This document shows, piece after piece, positions 36,906-49,579 of a DNA stretch of 64,000 nucleotides (within the stretch, counting starts at the first letter, position 1; each line of letters begins with the position of its first letter). The stretch comes from Callorhinchus milii (taxonomy: Eukaryota). Position numbers and translations under genes: made by a program. Location of the stretch: the NCBI RefSeq assembly GCF_018977255.1, contig NW_024704744.1, positions 71,548,001-71,612,000 of the forward strand, written 5' to 3'. The notes under the pieces are model-generated. The model was not told where the DNA came from, did no database searches, and worked only from the letters and a program-made list of their open reading frames with translations.

Positions 36906-37828
36906 ACAGTTATTGAATTGGAGCAATATTGCACCTTGAGTGGTCAGTGAAACTTGCAAAGAAATTAAAGATAATACCAGGAGGGAAAATAATCTCCTCA
37001 TTAGAAATGACAGGGTACAGAAAGTAGAGATCTATGTACAGCATTCACTCAGCATACTCACTGACGTATACAATGCCGTAATTGCCTTCAATAATTGTCA
37101 CTATGCTCCCTGTAGCTGTGAAATAACATTAATCATGTATATTTATAATATACTAGGAGTTGCTTCCGATTATTTCACTGGTGTCTGATATTCCTGGATG
37201 TTCTCCAGCCTTCAGGAAGTCATAGGTACCCTGTTCATGAAGTTTTACACATTCATCCACGGGAGCCATATGGGAATGATTTTATGCAACAGCAGGGTTT
37301 CTCTGAGATTATCTGTGTTATGAAGGCTCACACATGCATAGAGACTTGTACTCCTAGCAATAATGGGCAAACAATTCTCCAGATAATCTAGATTAATCAA
37401 GTAACTCAAGGTTGGTTGTGGAATCTTGCTGTTTGCCTACAATGTTCACCTACAAATACACAGTCACTTCACTTGAAAGCACACCTGTGAGGTGTTTTGA
37501 GACATTTTGGTATTATAGGCATCATAACAAATGCAAGGATTATTATTGTTACTATGTAATGCAACCAATTTGGCTTTCATCAAATGCCTTAAAACTTCTC
37601 AAAATACACAGAATGGAATGCATGTAATAATCCTGTTTCTATAGATGCAAGTTGGGGAAACTATATAAAAGATATGAAAAACAGGGTAGGGTGTTTTCCT
37701 TTGATATTTATTTTCTCATTTCTGCTCTCCTCCTCTACTGAAAACATTGGCTTTTACTGCAAGAGTATTCTATGGGACCGTTTGTCCTTCATTGTCTCAC
37801 CCAAGTGGACATTTTATGTGCAAACTCA

Positions 37829-38150
37829 AATAATAATAATAATAATAATAATCCTTGCATTTGATATGGTGCTTTTCACGTTTTCTAGACGTCTCAAGGC
37901 GCTTCACAGAATGTACTGTAAAGTAATTGACAGTATGTGTGTGGGCAAAACGCGACAGCCAATTGTACTCAGCAGTGTCCCACAAACCATCTTGGATTGA
38001 AGTGACCAATTTTATTATTGTTTTTTTCTTGAGGGATTATTATCAGGCGTGTGGAGTAAGGAAACTTGCCCAAGGTTTCGTCCTGCCGGGAATCAAACCC
38101 AGGTCTCTCGCTTGTGAGGAGAGTGCTCTAACCACTGGGCCACAGGATTT
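37829..38150 (-). mobile_element. tRNA-headed SINE, short variant, full length
   Basis: (AAT)n tail through to gtgctctaaccactgggccacaggattt. Confidence 0.88.
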
Positions 38151-38152
38151 CA

Positions 38153-38385
38153 CATGGTGAGTGCTGGCCAGTTATTTAATTGCGGAGGATATCACAGCTT
38201 TTTCCCAGCACCCACACATACACATTCCAGCAGAGATGAGTGGGAAGTCTAGCCAATTGTGCAAGGCTGACTGCTGCCCTGGCTGAGATGAGGTAGGTCA
38301 GCACCAACTGAGAATTGAACTTGCAATTTGATCTCTATGACTTGGTACTACATCAAATGCTGCCTCTACCATCTGTGCCATTAAA
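38153..38385 (-). mobile_element. LF-SINE-like element
   Basis: Reverse strand atggcacagatggtagaggcagc...ctcagccagggcagcag...ctgctggaatgtgtatgtgtggg. Confidence 0.5.
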
Positions 38386-38639
38386 GGAGGCAATCGAAAT
38401 TTGTATTTGACAAATGATTGTTTTCTATTTAGTGCGCTTATCCTGTTACGTCCATGTATTCCTTCTTAACATGTGAAAAGTTGGGTACGTTTGTGGTTCT
38501 TATATAACAGGTGGTAGGATGAATAATAGATGGCAAATGTAACTATCAATTTCACATTGAGAGTTCCGCTAACTGGCAGATAGTGGTCAAAATTCTGAAA
38601 ATGTGACGCTATATAGATTTGGGGTAGTGTGGGTGATTA

Positions 38640-39420
38640 TTGTATCTTGGAAAGACTGCTAGATAGATTTATTAGGATGTTACCAGGGATGAGTAGATAC
38701 AGCTATAAAAAAGATTGGACAGGTTGGAACTTTCATCTCTGGAGATGAGATGATTGAGAAGGGACCTGATGGAGGTGTTTAAAATTACAAAAGGTAGACA
38801 TTAATAACAAAATGCTGAACTGCACACAGATCCACTTTTGATAAGGTAGACATTAATAACAACAACTTCCATTTATAGAGGGCCCTCCACGCGGGTCAGC
38901 ATCTCGGAGTGATTAATGAGCTGTTTCCACTGTTGCCAAGTCCAAAATGAGGGGGTATGACAACAGCAACTTGCAATTATAAAGGTTCCTTCACGCGGGG
39001 TAGCTAGGAACAACAGGCAATAGTGCTCACGTACCTAGTTGCCTTTCACCCTGTACATGAGCTGCCTTAGGAAGTTTGTAGTTTCCATCAAGGTGTAAAG
39101 ATCAGTCAATACTTGATGGTGACAATGTAAATAAATTGGGAACAAATTTCAAAAACAGTGTATTGCGAAAGACTGATGATCATCAGTATGAAGATACAGT
39201 AAAGATTTTAACATTGGGATATACCTGAGAGGGTAGTGGAAGCCAATTCAATAACAACTTTTAAGAGAGAAGTAGATGGGTATTTGGGGAGGACAGGATT
39301 GCAGGGCTATGGAGATAAAGCGGGCCAGTGGGATTGAGTTGGATTGCTCTTTTAGGAGCCAGCGCAGACCCGGTGGGCCGAATGGCCTCTTTCTGTGCTG
39401 TGTGATTCTATGATTCTAAA
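38640..39420 (+). mobile_element. Fragmented CR1 LINE 3' region with nested L2 tails
   Basis: ggatgttaccagggatgag...gagaagggacctgatggaggtgtttaaaatt; tail gcagacccggtgggccgaatggcctctttctgtgctg...(ttctatga). Confidence 0.8.
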
Positions 39421-40066
39421 TGATATTTTACTGCTACCTTTATCCTAATACTGATCTATAAATAGTGCAAGACATATAATGGAATCATTACAGATAGATC
39501 CTACAAAATTGCAATTTTACTCTAAAAAAAACTATATATAAACCATTTTTGCATGAAATCCTTTCATTTGGTGTAAATATCAGCAATAATGTATTACAGA
39601 ATCACTCAAGCATTCAAGCAGCTGATAGAACGATAGTAAGGGCATTTGGGAAGTAATTGCATAAAGGGGCATAGATAAAGAGTGGAGAAATAAGATTAAA
39701 AATTATCAAGAGTTGTCATGACCTAATAAATTGAAGCAGTAGATTTCATGGACCTAATGATTATTACTGTAACTATGTTTCTAGTTTAAAAATTAGAAAT
39801 ATACAACAGATGGATCGGCACTGACCTGAAAGAGAATGATGGGTTCTACCAAGGTGTCATCCTGACCTAACAAGTGGAACTGTGTGCAGTTCAGCATTTT
39901 GCAGTTTTACTTTAGATTCATGTGTTTCCTTTTTATCTCTATATTTTACTGACCTTTCATTTTCAAAATAATGTACTGTATTTTAAAAAAGTACTATAAA
40001 ACTAAGGCAGATGGATTAATTTGCCAAGAAAATATAGTCACAACACTTTTCAGCATATTCTATGAG

Positions 40067-40432
40067 TGGAGTCCTGTAGCATAGTGGTTAGGGCACTTCC
40101 CTTGCAAGAGAGAGGACCTGGATTTGATTCTTGGACAGGGTGAAATGTTGCACATGTTTCATTACTCCACACGCTTGTTTACCTAGCAGCATGTAGGAAC
40201 CTGGTTGTTAGTCAGTTGGCGGGTCGCTTTTTCAGAGGTAATAATCCCGTCAAAAATAATGTGGTCACTTAATCCATGACTGTTTGTGGGACACTGCTGT
40301 GTGCAATTGGCCTCCGCATTTCACTCAAAAAACATAGTCAATTAACTTTACCATATATTCTGTGAAGTGCTTTGAGACGTCTTAGAAGACATGATAAAGT
40401 GCCATATCAAATGCGAGGATTATTATATTATT
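40067..40432 (+). mobile_element. tRNA-headed SINE, long variant, full length
   Basis: gtggagtcctgtagcatagtggttagggcac... through to atcaaatgcgaggattattat. Confidence 0.88.
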
Positions 40433-40529
40433 ATAAAGGGCTTTTGAGACATCCTTCCAACGTGAAAGGTGCTATTTATCTGTTGCAAGAATTATTATTA
40501 TTAATGGAAATACCTGTGGCATCACTATT

Positions 40530-40890
40530 CCATCTGACTAGAAGGCTATATGTTTGAATCCCAGTGTATGTAAGTAAACTGATCTGAGCTGGGGCAGCAG
40601 TTTAGGTGCTACAACTGGCCTCAGAAACAGTGGATTAAGAAGGAAGGAAATAAGCACACTTCCCGTTCCTGATTGCTATCCAGAGCTTCCCGTGAGAAGG
40701 TAAGATTGTAGGAATGTGGAGTGAGGACAATCAGCTGTGATACCACCACCCTCCCCCCCACTTCTGTTGAATAGGCTGGCAACACCTGTTGTCAAGGCTT
40801 CCACCTGAATAACGTGCTGGAAGCAGCTGGCACCTGAGGAAATCCTCCTCGACCAAGAGACCGCATCTTCAGATGAAGGGAGAGCAAAGG
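40530..40890 (+). mobile_element. LF-SINE-like element
   Basis: tgagctggggcagcagtttaggtgctacaactggcctcag...ggagtgaggacaatcagctgtgatacc...gttgaataggctggcaacac. Confidence 0.55.
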
Positions 40891-41260
40891 ATGACTGTAT
40901 ATTAAGCACAGAGATTAAGAGAAGCTATGCATTAATCATCCACCCGGTGCTGGGTGGATTTCACTGCAACATTTTTCTCCTCTCAGCTGCTTTGCCAATT
41001 GCAACAAAGTGGATGATTCTCACCTGGTTTGTCTGATTCTCCTGCTAATCTAAGCTGTTACAGTGAACAGTCATATTTGTGAGGTAACAGGTAATATTAT
41101 ACTTCCCATTACATGGATGAGCCTTTGCAAGCCCTTGTTGGAAACTCAGGAGATCATGCTGCTTTTAGTCAGTACTGTATATTATTTCCAACACTGATAA
41201 TATTGTATTCATTTCAGATCATCTTGACCTGAAATTAAAACAATGTCACTGGGGTTGGAA

Positions 41261-41541
41261 GTGGAGTCCTGCAGCTCAGTGGTTAGATTCCCGGCAGGGC
41301 AAAACCTTGGGCAAGTTTTCTTACTCCACCCGCCTGATAATAATCCCTCAAGAAATACAAACAATAATAAATTATTCACTTCAATCCATGACTGTTTGTG
41401 GGACGCTGCTGTGCGCAATTGGCTGCCGCGTTTCGCCCACAAATATACAGTTAATTCACTTTACAGTATATTCTGTGAAGCGCTTTGAGACGTCTAGAAG
41501 ACGTGAAAAGCACTATATCAAATGCAAGGATTATTATTATT
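41261..41541 (+). mobile_element. tRNA-headed SINE, short variant with a deletion in the tRNA head
   Basis: gtggagtcctgcagctcagtggttag|attcccggcagggc; body near-identical to other young copies. Confidence 0.88.
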
Positions 41542-44070
41542 AAGTACTGAATCAATTGAAAAAAGCAATGATTTAATTAGGTTAAAAGATTCAGAAAAGG
41601 AGCTATTAAAAATGAAGCATTATCTGCCAACCACACCCCACTTGACAGCTGAACAAAGTTCATTGCTATGTTGTTAGACTGTGAAGATGCCAACTTAGTG
41701 TACTGAGCAAAGCAAATTCAATCAAATGGAAACATTTTGACACTACCAATGTCACTGCAGGAACACAATGTTTTAAGATAGTGTTGCACAATATAGAAGT
41801 GTAGCTATTTGGGAGTAATGATGCCGTGTACTCCAGAGATTCAGATGATTTGAATCTATAAGTGCAAAGTTTGAGCAGCACAAACCCTAGGTTTACATTA
41901 AAGCTTTTGGTTAATTCTCTGCCATCGTTGATAAATGTATGTCGCATATCAATTCTTTAATGGCTAGATGGAAGTGACCTGCTCCTAAGCTTCAACCAGT
42001 GCCCTGAACTAACTGCTATTTGGTACACAAGATCTGTATGCAGAGTGACTCCTTGGGGAGTGCTTATACTTCACAACATGCAAGGATTATTATTATTATA
42101 ACATTACTGCAGAAATTGATAACTGATCAAGTGCAGATCATAGGTGAGATGTCGCATCTTACAACACCAGGTACAGTGTGAGTTTTGTTTTTTAAGTGTC
42201 CTATGACAAGAATCCTCCAGAAAACAAATGGCTGCGTTCAAATTGGTTGCTGTATTCACCTATAAATACAGGGTCACTAACTTTACAGAAACTTTGTGAA
42301 GTGTTTTGAGATTTTTAAATATTACAGGTGCTGTGTCAAATCCAAGAATCTTTTTTTATTTTATGACAACATGCAATGTACCAACTCTCACTTTTATAAC
42401 ACATAATATCCAGTGATCACTTTCGAATCCCTCGATGGCCTCGCCCCACTTTAATAATAATAATTCTTGCATTTGATATTGCGCCATATCATATCTTTGA
42501 GACATCTCAAAGCACTTCACAGAATATACTGTAGTGTAAAGTGAATTGACTGTATATTTAATGTCCTACAGTTGTGGAATGAATGACTAAATGAAAAAAA
42601 ATTTGGAAGGGATTATTACCCTCGGAAAAGTGATCCGCCAATCTACTAACAACCGGGTTCCCATCGTGTGTATTTTGTGGGTGAACACAGCAGCCAAATT
42701 GTGCACAATGATACCCTGATAATAATAAGAAATACGTTTATAATAATAATCAATAATAAGCCCCAGAAATAATCCAGAGGACTGATGGTCAAGATACCCA
42801 GAGAAACTCTTTTTTCTTTTCAAAGAGGGTTATGAATAATAGATATAAAACCAAGATTAATGCTTGGGTTGTTCCTGGGTCCTTAATTAGTAGAAAACTG
42901 AGCTGCATTTCACTCCAATCTCCAACATCTTGTTATGTCCAGTAGAAAACTGATAAACAAAACTTATTTCTTCTGCTTCAGGAAATGATAAAGGAAATCA
43001 GATACAATTCTTGACTCAACGGAATTGAAATGATTCTGTTAGAAACCCTGTAGCTACATGCCTGCAGAAAAGTATTGACTGCTGTTTATGGTGAAGTAAG
43101 ACAGAAGGGAGCTCTGCCAATTTGAATAGGGCATTGCCATATTCTCTAGGAGCATAAAATAGGTCATTGGTATTGTTGTAACATAGACTCTTTTCAGGCC
43201 TCAGGAAATTAAATAAGGATAAGAAAAACCAAAACAGCACAGAGACAAAACATTTCTAAAAGGCAGCAATGATCCCGTCCTCAAACAGTGTCATAATACA
43301 AGGGGACATTGATTTTGTAATAAGCATTGCAAACTTTGGCTTGTGCCCTGCCCCAAATGATTCCAATTATAGAATATACAACGGCAGTATAAGACTAAAG
43401 CGCGCACTAATTTGTCTTTCATTTAAACTTTAATTTTTCTCAGATAAAGGGCATTTAGAATTAGCAACTTGAATAGATCTCTTGTTCAGAAATGTCCACT
43501 GCAACAAAAAATTGCAATATGAATAACATTACTGTTCTGTTATTTTTTAAAAACATTCAATATTTATTTTGCAACTGTTTCAGTTGTGTCCACATGATGG
43601 CCAAGATGACTATCCAGTGATATTACCATGCGATCATATTTGAGCTATACGCGCTTGGAAAGAGATACATACATTTTTGCAACTATAGAGTAATTATTAT
43701 CTAGTCATTTGCAGCCATTTAAAAAGATAAATTGGTGGGTGGTAAATTGACCTATTTATGAACAGTGCATAAATCATAAATCACAATACTATATTACTTA
43801 GCACCTTTAAGTAATGAATTAGAATGTTTAACACCTCTAAAATGAATTTGTTTTATCATAATATTTTATAAATCTTATTATCCCCTTGAGTCCATTTTCT
43901 GACTGCTCACTGCGCTTGCTTCTCGTTGCTGTGGAAACATAAACTGAGTCACTATCAACATTTGAGAGGGCTGGAGAATGTAACATTTGCATATGGAACA
44001 TAACTACATGAAAGTTTGATTAAATGCGTACTTCTTTCTCACTCATGTATTAAATTACGGTCCTAACTCA

Positions 44071-44352
44071 TAATAATAATAAACCTTGCATTTGATATAG
44101 CGCCTTATCACGTCTTCTAGACGTCTCAACGTTTGTGAGCGAATTTGTGAGCAAAACGCGACAGCCAGTTACGCACAGCAGTGTCCACAAACAGTCGTGA
44201 ATTGAAGTGACCAATTTATTATTTTTTTTCTTGAGGGATTATTATCAGGCTTGTGGAGTAAGGAAACTCGCCCATGTTTCACTCTGCCGGGAATCGAACC
44301 CAGGTCTCTCGCTTGCAAAGCGAGTGCTCTAACCACTGAGCTACAGGACTCC
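44071..44352 (-). mobile_element. tRNA-headed SINE, short variant
   Basis: gggaatcgaacccaggtctctcgcttgcaaagcgagtgctctaaccactgagctacaggactcc. Confidence 0.88.
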
Positions 44353-44764
44353 CAAACTTGTTCTCCCCGCTCACCCTGGCTCTGTTTTTGTTTGGTGGGA
44401 TGAAATTAGATAGATTATTTGTTGAATTTAGTTTTGTCTAAGGCCATCAGGACAATCTTCAATTTGCACTGCCTTTCCCTCCTTCTCCCACTCACTCTTC
44501 AGTCTCTTAACTCAAAGTTCAGAAGCAAAACATTCCAAACTCCAGAAACAAACACAATCACAGGTAACGGCACAATACTTTGCGTAGCTCAGACCTAATG
44601 GACAATAGACAAATAGTGAAGTACTTTGCTAACCTCGTACTCAGTGAAAGAGTGAAGAATGATAATAATGGTGAAATACACACTTTTTGGATAACCTATA
44701 AAGTGCTTTGAGAAGTCCTGATGTGAAAGGTGCTACATCAATGCAAAGATTATTATTGTATTGG

Positions 44765-45037
44765 TGGAGTCCTGTAGCTCAGTGGTTGGAGCACTTGCCT
44801 TGCAAGTGAGAGACCTGGGTTCGATTCCCGGTAGGGCAAAAAGTTGGGCAAGTTTCCTTTCTCCACACACCTCTGTTTACCGAGCAGTAAGTAGGAACCC
44901 GGCGGATCGATTTCTGGGGGATAATAATTCCTTCAAAAAAAAGGGTCACTTCACTCCACGACTGTTTGTGGGACAATGCTGTGCGCAATGGGCAAATAGC
45001 GTGATAAGGCGCTGTATCAAATGCAAGGATTATTATC
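44765..45037 (+). mobile_element. tRNA-headed SINE, long variant with internal deletion
   Basis: gtggagtcctgtagctcagtggttggagcacttgccttgcaagtgagagacctgggttcgattccc. Confidence 0.88.
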
Positions 45038-45162
45038 GCGCTGTCGGAGGAAGGCGAATTGGGGAGATCATGAGGATGGGACAAAAAAAAGGAGCCACAT
45101 GAATAACATTACTGTCCCTTTGTTTTTTTAAAAAAAAACATTCAACATCTGTTCTGCAGAGT

Positions 45163-45490
45163 AATGATCATAAGGATGGAGGAGGAGGAGAAGGAGAAGG
45201 AGGAGTGGGGTTGGGGCAGATGAATGATCATGAGGATGGAGGAGGAGGAGGAGAAGGAGGAGTGGGGTTGGGGCAGATGAATGATCATGAGGATGGAGGA
45301 GGAGGAGGAGGAGAAGGAGGAGTGGGGTTGGGGCAGATGAATGATCATGAGGATGGAGGAGGAGGAGAAGGAGGAGTGGGGTTGGGGCAGATGAATGATC
45401 ATGAGGATGGAGGAGGAGGAGAAGGAGGAGTGGGGTTGGGGCAGATGAATGATCCTGAGGATGGAGGGAGAGGTGGGTGGGGTTGGGCGG
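45163..45490. repeat. G-rich minisatellite, 5 units plus 1 degenerate unit of about 54-60 bp
   Basis: Unit ATGAATGATCATGAGGAT(GGA)4-6GAAGGAGGAGTGGGGTTGGGGCAG read directly. Confidence 0.92.
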
Positions 45491-45598
45491 TGAGAGCGGT
45501 ACAGAGGAGGGCGCTAGGACCCGGCGGGGCGACTCCGATAAAGCCGCGGCTGCCTGTCAGGCCGTGACGTCAGCGAGCCTCCCGACGCGCAGTCTAAG

Positions 45599-45665
45599 AT
45601 GGCGGCGGAGAGCGAGGCGCGAGCGGCACGGCCCCGGTCCCAACCGCGCACCCAACCCAGCTCAG
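45599..45665 (+). CDS. ATL2: Atlastin-2 coding exon 1 (MAAESEARAARPRSQPRTQPSS-G)
   Basis: Strong Kozak aagATGG in the CpG island; donor CAG|GTAACA in phase 1, in frame with the exon at 60168. Confidence 0.72.
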
Positions 45666-45794
45666 GTAACAGCACTCACCCCGGGGGGGGCACCACCGGC
45701 CCGGCTCGGCACGGCACGGCACATGGGCCGGACCCGGGGAGAAGAGCAGGCGGGCCGCCCTCCAGCTCGCTGCCCTCCTCCCCTTCCCACCTGT

Positions 45795-45817
45795 CTCTCT
45801 CTCTCTCTCTCTCTCTC
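45795..45817. repeat. (CT)n microsatellite
   Basis: Read directly. Confidence 0.9.
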
Positions 45818-45955
45818 CTGAAGGCGGGTAAAAGTTTTGCGAGTCGGGCTCCGTCTGCGCGGCCGCCGGCAGTTTGAATGGCGCCGCGCAGTTTGGGGGA
45901 GCGCTCCGGGAAAGGGAGGCGGTGGGGGGCAGCAACTCAGCTGAGGAGAGGGTGG

Positions 45956-45991
45956 GAAGAAGAAGAAGAAGAAGAAGAAGAGGAGGAGGAG
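45956..45991. repeat. (GAA)8(GAG)4 microsatellite
   Basis: Read directly. Confidence 0.9.
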
Positions 45992-48627
45992 GACGGTACG
46001 TCTTGAGGAGCAAACGGGGAGGCCGTGTGTCTGTCTGTTGAGGGGTTGGGGGCGGGCGGCGAATGCCGTTGAATCCGAGGAGCAGCGGCTGACAGTCGGC
46101 GTGTCCGCCGCCGAGTGGAGGGGGCAGAGAGCCAAAGCGGCCTGTGAACCAGGCTCAGGCTCTGGTGCTGGAGAGGGTGGGTGGGTACGGAGAGTGAGCA
46201 GCTGCACGTCCAAGGCCCCTCAATCCGCGGCGCTGAGTGAGTGAGGGAGTGAGGGAGGGAGGGAGGCAGACGCTGGCCCCTCGGGCCCGGGGTAACCGTT
46301 TTCCGTTACGGCTCCGAGGATTTGAATCATAACGGGGGCGGAGTGGCGGGTACGGAAAGCCGCGGGTGACAGACCAGACCAGCCCGAACGCCCTTTCCCC
46401 CCTCTCCCCCCCCCCTTCCCCTCACGCCCTCCGAAACGGGCGCCCGCAGCTGATCCAGCGGCGGAGGCTGGGCATGTGGTGACATTAATAACCAGCCTTG
46501 CATTCGCTACAGCGCCTTATCACGTCGCCGAGACGCCTCGAAACGCTTCAAACTCCGGGTCATTTATGTAACGTACGTGTGCGTAGTGTGTATATTTGTG
46601 GTGTGTAGCATACACATACACATACATATCCTGTGTGTTGAGTAAAACGTCCATAATCGTGTATGTATAGCATTTGTATATGCAGTGTTCGTGGCTTCGT
46701 CTTTTTCTCGTCTTTTCTTTTTTTTTAAAAAAAAACACACCACCTACTTTCACACTTTGAAACCACACACTGGTTCTGGTTCACGGGTGGTTTTCTGAGT
46801 ATAAATTAAAATGTCTGACCTCAGGGTGATTATGTTTGTTGTGTGGCCGTGCGTAACCGCCGTGCGCTCCAGCCGCTTCACCAACCCCCCCCCCGCCCCC
46901 CCCCACTGTGAACTCTTTATTTTCATTGAGTCTTCATTGAAGAAAGTGGAAACGGCAAATGCTTTCTTGTATTTAAAAAAAAATCCAGCCGTTGGGCGCG
47001 AAGCTTTGGCACTTAGGAGCAAGTCCATTTATTTAATGGGATTCATTAGAACAGCCTCGTAAGAGGATCTTCATTAAATCGCTTCGGGAGATCATTGCAA
47101 ACTGGCAGAACTGGAAAGGCGAACTTATTAAAAAAAACTGCCGTTTTGTCGAGGAGAATCCGCTTCTCGGCTCAAGTCCGGGTCATTTACTGTTAATTCT
47201 TCACTTGGCTGAAGCTTTGCTGCTTTTTGATGTGCTTATGTAACCGCGAGAGCGTGACTGAGGCTGCAGACGCAGAGTCCGTCCAGGCTGTGTGATGTTT
47301 GAGGAGGGGGAAGATGGAGCAGAACGAGTTTGAGAAAACGGGAACACTAACAAGTAATATAATGGGTGTTTTTTTTGGTTGGGGGATGGGGGGGGGGGGG
47401 TGAGGGAGAGGGGGCAAAAGAATGTGATCGGAGTGGTCCTGTGAATTTCCCGGAGTAGCTATTTAGGAGCTGCTTCTGGGAATGTCTAGGTCATTTCATG
47501 CAAGTTTATATCTATTGCAGACTTGGGTTTAACAATGTTACATTGCTAATTAGTGTTTGAATTAAGTCAGTATAAATGATCAAGTCACTTGAATAGAATG
47601 ATTTTTGTATTTTTAGTAGAGCAAGATATAAAATTCCTGCTGTGGTATCTTTGGTTTCGCAGCTTTTGGGTGCTTTGGCTGCAGATCACTGAAGTTTCGT
47701 GCAAGTGATCTGAAACGCCTGTTTTCTCATTTAATATCTTAGTGAGGAGGAACTAAGAATAAACCCCTTGTTAATGGGTTCAGAATTCTTGTCTACATGT
47801 GAGTAGTGCATTTGTGTAGTTGAATAATTTTGTAAATAATTTTGTGCAAAATTCTAAGTTACAGCCAAGGCTGTAGAAATTCAATTAATAAAATTCAATA
47901 TTTTTACATTTAATGTAGGTTGCCCTTGATGTTTTGTGTTCTAAACTTTAAAGTGCGTGCATGGCCTCTTTCATTTAGTGGGCTCATTTGGTCCAACAGT
48001 ATTCAAAGTACAGGGATGCACATAGTTATAATGTGTCACTGCCAGTTTAAAAGTAATGTTAAGGCTGTGTGATAATTACTTTTTAACCTGGTATCTGTTC
48101 TGAAGTAAATCATTATATTAGTTATCTTATCTAGTTCCTATTTATTAAAGAAAAACCTAATACCGAGGTGCATTTCAGATCAGTTCACAGTGTAAGAAAA
48201 TCTTGCTTTTTTGCTGTCAAAAAAATATTTTTTTTGGCAGCTGTGTATCTTGACTGTTATCAGACATGTGGGCTTGTTCTGAGCAGTATGCGATGTGACA
48301 GAAGTCATGATGATGCCCTCTGAAAACCTATCACTGTGCTTAAGTGTCCAACCCAAACACTGAGATTTCTGTATGTCTGTGGAAATTTCCGTTTTGGTGT
48401 GGCGTGTGAATTATTTCCCAAATGAACATACTCATTTACCTAATCATAGACAGTTCAGGTGCAAGAACAGCTTTTATGATGCTTCTCCAGGGGGCTGTTG
48501 TTTTGAGCTGTGCTCTTACCTGAGTTGTTAGTGATTTATCATAATTTTCAGTGATTTGGAGTAATAAGTTGTAACTGCAGAGTGCTGTGCTGTATGCCCT
48601 TTGCACTTTACACTGTGCACTGTGACC

Positions 48628-48807
48628 AAAATAATTTGGTCATTCAATCTACGACTGTTTGTGCAACACTGCTGTGTGGAATTAGCTGCCGTGTTTCGTC
48701 CACAAAATATACAGTCATTTCACTTTACAGTATATTCTGTGAAGCGCTTTGAGACGTCTTGAATATGTGATAAAGCGCTAAATCAAATGCAAGGATTATT
48801 ATTATTA
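48628..48807 (+). mobile_element. tRNA-derived SINE 3' part
   Basis: Same tail consensus as the other young copies. Confidence 0.8.
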
Positions 48808-49579
48808 TATAGTGCCCATCTTGGAGCGCTTGAGAGGTGTGGGTTGTTGAGAGTTGAAGCTTTGATATGAGTGTGCCCAATCATAACCCTTGCATTTGAT
48901 ATAGTGCCTTGTCACATCATAAAGCGATTCACGGTAAAGTTCAGTGACTGTGTACTTTTTAGACACATCCACAGAAATGTCCCACGAACAGCTATGAAGT
49001 GAACGATTAATTTTATCTGGGGATTGTTGGCCAGGACACTGGGAAAAATTCCCTTTTGTGAATGGTGTAATGGAATCTTTAATAGTGTTCACCTGAACAG
49101 GCAGGTGGCACTTCAGTTTAACCTCGGTATTCGCACAAGTATTAATTGGAGTGAAAGCCTGGACTGAGTTCAAAGTTCTGACAAAACTTTCTGAGAGGAT
49201 GTGAAGAGGGAATGCTACAATCTGAGCCAGGCTGACACTGGCATTGGTGTATTGTTGGAACTTTTAACGCGTACCATCACGAACACTCACAAGCTTCTTG
49301 CTATGTGTCCAGTTGGGTTCACCCAAGCCATCAGAATTTTGGCTTGCAGAATTTATGGGATCAGAAGAATCGCCCCTGCCAGTGACTGGTACAAGTGCTG
49401 CTAATAAGCTAAGGCTGTTGGTTCCTCATCAACACGCCTTGGAGTACTGTGCTCCTGCACTGTCTCGGGTATCGGACTAATTACAAAGCCGTAGAGGATT
49501 GGCAAAATTCAATCTTTCATTGCATGACACTTTAGTGCCAATACTTTGCCTCTTCTTCCCCACCCTGAGATTAGTTGGG

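Larger units (their letters stand above)
45490..46480 (+). promoter_or_regulatory. ATL2: ATL2 CpG-island promoter: full CRE TGACGTCA at 45565-45572 and YY1 motif AAGATGGCGGC over the start codon
   Basis: Sharp rise in GC and CpG against an AT-rich background; motifs read directly. Confidence 0.85.

Noticed and set aside
44765-44840. tRNA-Ala(TGC)-like sequences, also at 12720-12791, 30482, 40067 and 44280-44352
   Set aside because: They are SINE heads: no paired acceptor stem, and they continue directly into the shared SINE body and (ATT)n tail.
45163-45490. CRISPR-like repeat-spacer appearance
   Set aside because: The variable parts are only GGA copy-number changes, not unique spacers; eukaryotic context.
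45142-45567. Repetitive ORFs (MIIHLPQPHSSFSSSS / MNDHEDGGGG)
   Set aside because: Translation of a minisatellite whose unit lengths are multiples of 3; no independent coding evidence.
45477-46244. Long overlapping ORFs on both strands of the CpG island, including the 183-aa minus-strand ORF
   Set aside because: Expected from stop-codon depletion in GC-rich DNA and microsatellites; no recognisable protein.
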